62,760 nt of DNA, taken from sequence record SRR2962707_1740. One strand, given 5' to 3'. The position numbers and the translations under genes were made by a program. The notes beneath the pieces were generated by a model that saw only the letters and a list, made by a program, of their open reading frames with translations, was not told the DNA's origin and searched no databases. How positions within the stretch are numbered: the first letter of the stretch is position 1; every line of letters begins with the position of its first letter. Positions 56,326-62,760 of the stretch are shown here, piece after piece.

Positions 56326-57099
56326 TTATTTAAAAAGATCTTCATTTTGTGCACGGATAAGATCGCGGCTCTGACTGTCTGTTTTTGGCCAATCAAGACC
56401 ACGAAACACAATCACCGGCGCTTTCGCACTTTTTTCCATCAATAAACCAGAGGCCGCGGCCAGCTCATCCGCAAACGCCGGCGCTGTCACACTAAGCGGG
56501 CGTCCAAAGGCGTCCATTTCCCCTTCCATCTTCATCACCCCAGGCACATTAGCGAGACCAATAGCCACGTTGGTTTGACCTAGACGCCAAGGTCGTCCAA
56601 AGGTGTCGCTGATCACAATGCCCAGATCGCATTGGAAATGTGCTTCTAATCGCTGACACAATAATTGCGCGCTGCGATCTGGATTCTCAGGCAATAAAAT
56701 CAATTGCCCTGGGTGGTCCGCATTGGATTCATCCACCGCCGCATTGGCGCAAATGTAACCATTTTTATGCTCTGCAATGAGCACACCTTCTTGCTGGTCT
56801 GGACGTTTAACCGCCCGCACTATGCGTTTTGACTGAGATAAAATCACCTCAACTTTACGAGGGTCTTTATTGACGGTTTTGGCTAACTCGATGGCGTCTG
56901 CGCTTGGTGTGATCTGATCCAAATAGGCACAAGCGCCTTCGCTTTTGGAGACCACTTTGTGCGCGATCACTAAAATATCCCCCGCCACCAAGGCTTTTTG
57001 TTGCGCCTGAAAGGTGTCGATAATGACTTGCGCAAGGTCATCCCCTTGCTGAAAATCAGGCAAGCCTTCAAGGCGAAACATGGTCATGGACTCAGGCAT
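56326..57099 (-). CDS. cofE: F420-0:gamma-glutamyl ligase (single-domain)
   Basis: KVVSKSEG, ANAAVDESN, DTFGRPWRLG, ADELAAAS. Confidence 0.93.
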   Translation of the reverse strand: MPESMTMFRLEGLPDFQQGDDLAQVIIDTFQAQQKALVAGDILVIAHKVVSKSEGACAYLDQITPSADAIELAKTVNKDPRKVEVILSQSKRIVRAVKRPDQQEGVLIAEHKNGYICANAAVDESNADHPGQLILLPENPDRSAQLLCQRLEAHFQCDLGIVISDTFGRPWRLGQTNVAIGLANVPGVMKMEGEMDAFGRPLSVTAPAFADELAAASGLLMEKSAKAPVIVFRGLDWPKTDSQSRDLIRAQNEDLFK

Positions 57100-57751
57100 A
57101 GCGTCGCTCCTTTATAAAGGGTGTATCTGCTCCCCGACGCCACGCAGAAAAGCGCTGAGGCTGCTGAGCAATGGCCCTTTCGAGGTCATCACTTTGATCA
57201 ATGTCTTGTGATAAATTCGGTAATAAAAGCTGGCAACAAGCGAGGCCCTGTAACCCAGCTTCAGCGTCATGTTTTGCGGCGGATTCTGTGCCATAGCGAA
57301 ACGCAATGGCATCAGGCGGAGATGTCGCCAACGCATTGGTGCCACCGTCTTTGGCCTTAGCGATAACCACTTGATGGCACCTTGCTGCTTGCAACAAGGC
57401 ACTAAACTCCCCCTGATCCAATAAGGCGATGTCGCTCGGTATAATAATTTGATGGCTGAATCCGGCGTTTTTCACCCATTGGCAGGCTTGCGATAACGCA
57501 CCATTCAGACCTTTTTTGCCGTCTTCACGCAGGGTGTTTGCCCCATATGATGCGGCTAACGACAACATCTCATCGGACTCACTAATCACCATCATATTGA
57601 GCGCTGGAAAGTGACGACGAAAAAACATCAAGGTATTCGTGAACATACTGATCGCCAACTGCTCACGCTCACGATGAGACAAGCAGCCCGCTAACCGCTG
57701 TTTCGCATGGGCTGGGCGTTTCATTGGAATAACCACACACAGTTTGCTCAT
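57092..57751 (-). CDS. cofC: F420 precursor guanylyltransferase (CofC/FbiD)
   Basis: IPMK..AKQRL, GLNGAL, SDIA, GGTNAL, DID..DDL. Confidence 0.9.
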   Translation of the reverse strand: MSKLCVVIPMKRPAHAKQRLAGCLSHREREQLAISMFTNTLMFFRRHFPALNMMVISESDEMLSLAASYGANTLREDGKKGLNGALSQACQWVKNAGFSHQIIIPSDIALLDQGEFSALLQAARCHQVVIAKAKDGGTNALATSPPDAIAFRYGTESAAKHDAEAGLQGLACCQLLLPNLSQDIDQSDDLERAIAQQPQRFSAWRRGADTPFIKERRYA

Positions 57752-58710
57752 TAGGCAGCCCTCTGCTTACGTTGTTGTTCCGCAAAAGCCACAGTGTTGG
57801 TCAATAACGCGCATTTATCGTCGCGGGTTTTCATCAGCGTTGGCGTCACCAAGACATCCAGACCTTGATCCTGCAACCAAGGCAACTCATCGCGGTCCGC
57901 ATCATCGATCACCATGGCATTCAATAACGAGCCATAGCATTGATAAATGCCTTTTGAATCGGTGCTTTTCCCCATGCTTTCCAGCATTTTATCCGCAGGC
58001 CCTTTAACGGTTTTACCTGCGATCAAGGGGGAAATGGCAATCACATACGCGGTGCTTTTTTCAATCGCTTCTTGAAGCCCCGGAGTGGCCAAAATGGCAC
58101 CAATACTAACGATGGGGTTACTCGGTGCGATCACGATCACATCGCTCTTAGCAATCTGAAACAAGGCTTCCGAAGTGGCTCTGGCGATGTTTGCTCCCTT
58201 ATATTCCACCCCCAACACCTTAGGCTTGCATTGCTCACGTACAAAATATTCTTGAAACGACAACCAACCCGATTCGGTTTTTACTTGAGTTTGCACCACG
58301 TCATCCGTTGGCAACAAAATCGGCATGGTGACACCGTGACGTTTCGCCAAACGCTGAGTAATGTGGCTTGCTCGAACCCCTTGTTTGCGTAATTCGGTGC
58401 GGTAAATATGAGTGGCCAAATCCAAATCCCCAAGGGTCATCCAGGTTTCTTGGCCAAGGGCACTCAGTTCGTTTAATACTTGATAGGACTCGTTTTTCCT
58501 GCCCCAGCCTCGCTCCCGGTCGATCTGATCTCCTAAGGAATACAGTAATGTATCTATGTCTGGTGATACCCATAAACCATGAAACGCGTCATCGTCTGCA
58601 ACATTGCCAATGATGTGAGTCGTACTGGCATAGACACTGGTTGCCAATCCCTCTGCCGCTTTTGCTCCCCCCACACCACCAGCCAATAAAGTAATGGTCA
58701 AATCGGACAT
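57751..58710 (-). CDS. cofD: Phospholactate/PEP transferase (CofD/FbiA)
   Basis: LAGGVGGAK, NVADD, SPDIDT, LGDLDLATH, FQEYFV, PSNPIVSI, KGPA. Confidence 0.95.
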   Translation of the reverse strand: MSDLTITLLAGGVGGAKAAEGLATSVYASTTHIIGNVADDDAFHGLWVSPDIDTLLYSLGDQIDRERGWGRKNESYQVLNELSALGQETWMTLGDLDLATHIYRTELRKQGVRASHITQRLAKRHGVTMPILLPTDDVVQTQVKTESGWLSFQEYFVREQCKPKVLGVEYKGANIARATSEALFQIAKSDVIVIAPSNPIVSIGAILATPGLQEAIEKSTAYVIAISPLIAGKTVKGPADKMLESMGKSTDSKGIYQCYGSLLNAMVIDDADRDELPWLQDQGLDVLVTPTLMKTRDDKCALLTNTVAFAEQQRKQRAA

Positions 58711-59924
58711 TAAGCGACTCCTTGAATGGGGATGCGTCGAATCACTGAGGTGTCTAATGCAAAGGTTTCTAATGGTTCATATAGGGTATTGCGTTGTACT
58801 GCCTCTAAACCGGCCGAGTGAATATTCGCCACCATGTCTTCAGGCATGACTTCTTGCCCATGCGTCGCCCCTGCCGCCCGAGAAATACTCTCGTTCATCA
58901 AGGTGCCACCCAAATCATTCGCCCCAGAACGCAGCATTTTCGCCGCCACATCCGGCCCCATTTTGACCCAAGAGGCTTGAATATTATCGATGTGACCTTG
59001 CAGCATTAAGCGCGCAATAGCGTGCATTTTAAAATGCTCATCCCGCGTCGGACCTGGGCGGACGACATCTGGGTTATCGTTATATAAGCGAGTTTCATAA
59101 TGGATAAAACCCAATGGCACAAACTCCGTAAAACCACCGGTTTCCTTTTGAATATCACGCAACAATTCAAGATGGTTAGCCCAATGGATCGGCTGATCCA
59201 CATGGCCATACATGATCGTTGAGGTGGTTCTCACCCCCACTGAATGAGCGGCTTTAACAATGCGCACCCACTCTTCTGTGGTCAGCTTATTTTTGGTCAA
59301 TTGTTTACGAATTTCAGTGTCTAAAATCTCCGCGGCTGTGCCTGGCATGGTGCCCAGCCCCAGCGCTTTCAGTTCGCTTAAAAACACCTCAGGCTCCAGT
59401 CGAGCTTTCTTACAGCCATACCAAATTTCAAAAGGTGAAAAGGCATGAATATGAATATCTGGCACGCGTTTTTTCACAGCAACAATAAGATCACGGTAAT
59501 AATTCGCATCAATATCTGGGTGCAAGCCGCCTTGAATACAGACCTCAGTCGCACCACGAGCCCACGCTTCTTCCGCCCTGCCTGCCACTTGTTCAACCGT
59601 TAAAAATTCCGCGTCTTGATCGCCTTTTTCTTTGGCAAAATTGCAAAATCGGCAGCCCATATAGCACACGTTAGTAAAGTTAATATTGCGTGTAATAACA
59701 TAGCTTCCGGTGTTACCGACTCTTTTTTGTCGAACTTGATCGGCGGTATCTAACACCGCTTGCGCTTCTTCACCTTGCGTCGCAAACAACACACAAGCGT
59801 CGGCAACCGATAGCTCATCACCTTGTAAACACTGGGCTAAAATCTGTTGTACTGGCGCACTAACCGCTTGGCTAAAAAAAGCGGGCGCGCGGCGGTCTTG
59901 ATAAGTTGACTGTATTGGGTTCAT
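58710..59924 (-). CDS. cofH: FO synthase subunit CofH (radical SAM)
   Basis: NINFTNVCYMGCRFC, MPGTAAEIL, GANDLGGTLMNESISRAAGA. Confidence 0.93.
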   Translation of the reverse strand: MNPIQSTYQDRRAPAFFSQAVSAPVQQILAQCLQGDELSVADACVLFATQGEEAQAVLDTADQVRQKRVGNTGSYVITRNINFTNVCYMGCRFCNFAKEKGDQDAEFLTVEQVAGRAEEAWARGATEVCIQGGLHPDIDANYYRDLIVAVKKRVPDIHIHAFSPFEIWYGCKKARLEPEVFLSELKALGLGTMPGTAAEILDTEIRKQLTKNKLTTEEWVRIVKAAHSVGVRTTSTIMYGHVDQPIHWANHLELLRDIQKETGGFTEFVPLGFIHYETRLYNDNPDVVRPGPTRDEHFKMHAIARLMLQGHIDNIQASWVKMGPDVAAKMLRSGANDLGGTLMNESISRAAGATHGQEVMPEDMVANIHSAGLEAVQRNTLYEPLETFALDTSVIRRIPIQGVA

Positions 59925-61063
59925 GCTGGAACACCTCCTGACTGAACATAGGTAGAGTGCGCAGCCTGCCCTGTTAGCAGAGCGATTTTGTGCGCCAAAT
60001 GAGTGGTGAGATAGCCTTCTTTTTGCTGATAAAAACGCTCGTAAATAGTCAATCGCTCAGCAAGGGAATACCCCAAACCTTCACACGCTTGCGCCACACT
60101 GCTGATCTGAGGCCAGGCGCGCTCTGGGTTAATGAAGTCTTTTGTTAAAGGGGAAATGCCACCAAAATCATTAATACCCGCACCGACATAACAGCCATAT
60201 TCCCTCTCTAAGTTAGGCGGTGCCTGAATGCTGATTTCAGCCGGTAGAATAAGACGCGCCATCGCGATGGTGCGTTTCATGTCGTCTAAGTCGGGTTCTT
60301 GGCAACCCGCCATTGTGGTGCCTTCTTTGGCACGAAAGTTCTGGATAATGACTTCTTGAATATGGCCATAAGAAAGGTGACGGTCACGAATGGCGATCAA
60401 GCTATTCACCCGGTCTTGCCAGGTTTCCCCAATGCCAATCAAGATTCCTGTGGTAAAAGCGATGTCCAGTTTTCCCGCCTGCTCTATGGTGTCGAGCCGA
60501 CGTTTCGGCGTTTTATCCGGACACGAGTAATGGGCTTGGCCTTTTTTAAGCAAATCGTTGGAGACATTTTCCAGCATCATCCCCATGCTCGCCGCCACAG
60601 GCTTGAGGTGCTTTAATTCGTCGTATGACAAAGCACCAGCGTTCACATGAGGCAACAACGAGGTGTTCGACAAGACATTTTCACATTGGTCATGCAGGTA
60701 AGCTAATGTGCTGTCGTACCCTAACGCCGTCAGCAGCTCGCGGGCTTTTTGATGGCGCTCTTCCGGTCGCTCTCCCAAGCTAAATAAGGCCTCCTTACAA
60801 TCTAGTTGCTCCCCTTCAAACGCCGTTTTAAGCACTTGAGATGGGGTCATGTAGTTCGCATGAGGTGAATCAGGGTCTTGCACAAAGGTGCAATAACCGC
60901 ACGCATCACGACACATATTCGTTAGTGGGATAAAAACTTTTTTAGAATAGGTAAGCTGTTTGCCCCAGTGTGCATCACGTAGCTGAGCCGCTTGCTGGCA
61001 AAGCGAATACAAGTCTGGTCCAGTGACAAACTCATAAGACATAGCTTCAGAAACAGAAATCAT
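59921..61063 (-). CDS. cofG: FO synthase subunit CofG (radical SAM)
   Basis: TYSKKVFIPLTNMCRDACGYC, FTTGILIGIGE, QEVIIQNF, QAPPNL; ATG 61063 with GGAG RBS. Confidence 0.93.
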   Translation of the reverse strand: MISVSEAMSYEFVTGPDLYSLCQQAAQLRDAHWGKQLTYSKKVFIPLTNMCRDACGYCTFVQDPDSPHANYMTPSQVLKTAFEGEQLDCKEALFSLGERPEERHQKARELLTALGYDSTLAYLHDQCENVLSNTSLLPHVNAGALSYDELKHLKPVAASMGMMLENVSNDLLKKGQAHYSCPDKTPKRRLDTIEQAGKLDIAFTTGILIGIGETWQDRVNSLIAIRDRHLSYGHIQEVIIQNFRAKEGTTMAGCQEPDLDDMKRTIAMARLILPAEISIQAPPNLEREYGCYVGAGINDFGGISPLTKDFINPERAWPQISSVAQACEGLGYSLAERLTIYERFYQQKEGYLTTHLAHKIALLTGQAAHSTYVQSGGVPA

Positions 61064-61094
61064 ATTCACTCTCCGGCAAACCTAAAATTTATTT

Positions 61095-61110
61095 TTTACC
61101 ATTTGGTATA
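61095..61110. promoter_or_regulatory. RutR-type operator upstream of cofG
   Basis: TTTACCATTTGGTATA versus RutR consensus TTGACCAnnTGGTCAA. Confidence 0.7.
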
Positions 61111-61192
61111 AAAACTAATATCAAGAATATCAAAGAGAGTAAATTGTTTTTTTTAGTGCAGAGACGCACCAATAACCGACCTCGAAACTAAA

Positions 61193-61220
61193 GTTTAGTT
61201 AACTTTAAAGTTAACTAAAC
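61193..61220. repeat. Perfect 28-bp palindrome
   Basis: GTTTAGTTAACTTTAAAGTTAACTAAAC equals its own reverse complement. Confidence 0.9.
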
Positions 61221-61319
61221 GGTTAAGATCATGAATAGGAAAGGTTTTTATTTTTTAATCTATATTCTTAAGGGGAGATACACTGCATTTAAACAATAAA
61301 AAATCTTAAATTAATAAAT

Positions 61320-61967
61320 CTATTTTTTATTATGTGCACCAAGAGCGCGCACAACAAAGTCGGTGACGGCTTTCTCTGCTCGTTCAAAGTCGGGTTCGGT
61401 CAAATCACTTTTCCCTAATAAAACTTCAATCTGAGTTGAAAAATCCGCATAAGTTTGCGTCGCGGCCCAAATGGTAAAAAATAAATGTTCAGGGTCAGTT
61501 TTTTCAATTAATCCCTTATTTATCCATGAGTTAACCAATGCTACATCGCGATCAAACTGAGGTTTAAGATGGCTTATTAAGTAATCCTTTAATACCGGAG
61601 CCCCACTGATGATTTCATGGGCGAAGACTTTGGAACCATTGGGGTAGAGGCGTGAGATCTGCATTTTTTCTCGCACGTAGCTGCGGATCACCTCTTCTGG
61701 GGTATCCCCATGATTTTCAAGAAAGGAGAGTTTTTCGATCCATATGTCGAGAATCTCTTCTAGTACTTTTCTATATAGTAAGTCTTTGTTTGGAAAGTAA
61801 TAAATAAGATTTTGCTTGGATATTTTAGATATTTCCGCAATGCGTTCCATAGAAGCGCCGCTAAATCCTTTAGACGCAAATACAATTTCTGCCGACCGTA
61901 ATATACGTGACTCCAATATCTTTCTATTAACCGACTGCTTAGTATATTTTGGCTTTTTCTCAATCAA
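61320..61967 (-). CDS. rutR: RutR-type TetR regulator of pyrimidine utilisation
   Basis: TetR HTH (ISKQNLIYYFPNK); RutR-type C-terminus SKVFAHEIISGAP and FFTIWAATQTYADF; TTG start. Confidence 0.82.
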   Translation of the reverse strand: MIEKKPKYTKQSVNRKILESRILRSAEIVFASKGFSGASMERIAEISKISKQNLIYYFPNKDLLYRKVLEEILDIWIEKLSFLENHGDTPEEVIRSYVREKMQISRLYPNGSKVFAHEIISGAPVLKDYLISHLKPQFDRDVALVNSWINKGLIEKTDPEHLFFTIWAATQTYADFSTQIEVLLGKSDLTEPDFERAEKAVTDFVVRALGAHNKK

Positions 61968-62100
61968 AGTTTATCCCTACCTTATTTGACAATACTTATA
62001 AAAATAACTATCTATAATCTTATTTACTTCATTCTACCTTTAAAGTAGCATCGAAAATCACTTGAATTATCATATCATTTTGATTGCTAATATTAAAAGT

Positions 62101-62116
62101 TGGCCTGCTAATTGCT
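62101..62116 (+). promoter_or_regulatory. Sigma54 (-24/-12) promoter
   Basis: TGGCCTGCTAATTGCT: GG at 62102-03 and GC at 62114-15, canonical spacing. Confidence 0.7.
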
Positions 62117-62223
62117 TTCTGTAAAGTCTAATACACTTTTTGCCAATCACGACTCAACGCTGGATCATTATATTCTTTCTTCGATAAAAAAGAGTATGTG
62201 ATTCACTTTGTTTCGATAACTTT

Positions 62224-62239
62224 TTTACCTTTTGGTAAA
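62224..62239. promoter_or_regulatory. RutR-type operator upstream of the Zn-dependent hydrolase
   Basis: TTTACCTTTTGGTAAA, perfect TTTACC/GGTAAA arms. Confidence 0.72.
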
Positions 62240-62281
62240 AAGAATGATTTCAAAGAGAGATACGATACCTAGGAGAAAAGT

Positions 62282-62760
62282 ATGCAAGATCTACGCATTA
62301 ATGAGCAACGTCTTTGGGGCACCTTAATGGAAATGGGTGAAATAGGCGGCACCGAGAAAGGTGGCTGTAACCGGCTTGCTGGCACCGACTTAGATAAGCA
62401 ATCACGTGATCTTTTTGTGGCTTGGTGTAAGGCCTGTGGCTGCGAAGTGAACATTGATAAAATCGGTAATATTTTTGCGCGCCGACCAGGAAAAAACAAC
62501 GACTTACCTGCAGTAGGCACTGGCAGCCATCTTGATACTCAGCCTACCGGTGGTAAATTCGATGGTGTTTTTGGTGTCCTTTCTGGTGTTGAAGTACTGC
62601 GCACCTTGCATGAAAACAACATTGAAACACCCACGCCAATGGAGTTCTCTGTTTGGACAAACGAAGAAGGCTCCCGCTTTCAGCCTGCCATGCAAGGTTC
62701 AGGTACCTATGTTGGCCGCTTTGACCTTGAAACCGAATTAAACAAAACCGACGTCAATGG
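62282..62760 (+). CDS. M20 Zn-dependent N-carbamoyl-amino-acid hydrolase, beta-ureidopropionase (PydC)-like; partial, runs off the window
   Basis: Not in the ORF track because it has no stop in the window. Read directly: MQDLRINEQRLWGTLMEMGEIGGTEKGGCNRLA...GSHLDTQPTGGKFDGVFGVL...WTNEEGSRF; AGGAGA RBS. Confidence 0.88.
   Translation, partial: MQDLRINEQRLWGTLMEMGEIGGTEKGGCNRLAGTDLDKQSRDLFVAWCKACGCEVNIDKIGNIFARRPGKNNDLPAVGTGSHLDTQPTGGKFDGVFGVLSGVEVLRTLHENNIETPTPMEFSVWTNEEGSRFQPAMQGSGTYVGRFDLETELNKTDVN

Noticed and set aside
58710-59924. MqnC/MqnE (futalosine pathway) instead of CofH
   Set aside because: The GGTLMNESISRAAGA signature and position among cofG/D/C/E indicate CofH
61156-61172. Sigma54 promoter or NtrC site for the cof operon
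   Set aside because: Minus-strand TGGTGCGTCTCTGCA has GG-GC spacing one base short, and only a half NtrC-like site is present

Overview
Mostly core chromosome of a marine gammaproteobacterium; gene order and proteins fit Oceanospirillales such as Marinomonas (inference). Housekeeping blocks: xni, tolC-like, M18 aminopeptidase, prc, ybfE-tdk-rdgC, rmuC, yigZ-rapA-rluA, miaB-ybeZ-ybeY-corC-lnt, leuS-lptE-holA and yeaG-yeaH-ycgB. An accessory stretch at about 18-25.4 kb holds an AT-rich orphan lipoprotein, an AraC regulator, a TRAP transporter and an ornithine-cyclodeaminase-family enzyme. The most striking locus is at 54.5-62.8 kb. It is a translationally coupled coenzyme F420 biosynthesis operon (cofG-cofH-cofD-cofC-cofE) followed by F420H2:NADP+ oxidoreductase (npdG/fno) and one Mer-like luciferase-family oxidoreductase. 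Next to it are a RutR-type uracil-sensing regulator and a sigma54-driven beta-ureidopropionase-like gene. Near-identical RutR-type operators precede both cofG and the hydrolase, suggesting an F420-dependent reductive pyrimidine degradation pathway. Other candidates: a Lys-rich leader peptide with attenuator-like architecture upstream of dapA, a cNMP-binding/acyltransferase/SGNH fusion protein, a stand-alone Pol I thumb-like mini-protein and an Hpt/degenerate HD-GYP protein. No rRNA, tRNA, CRISPR array, transposase or integrase was recognised. All family assignments come from motif recognition by eye, not database searches.
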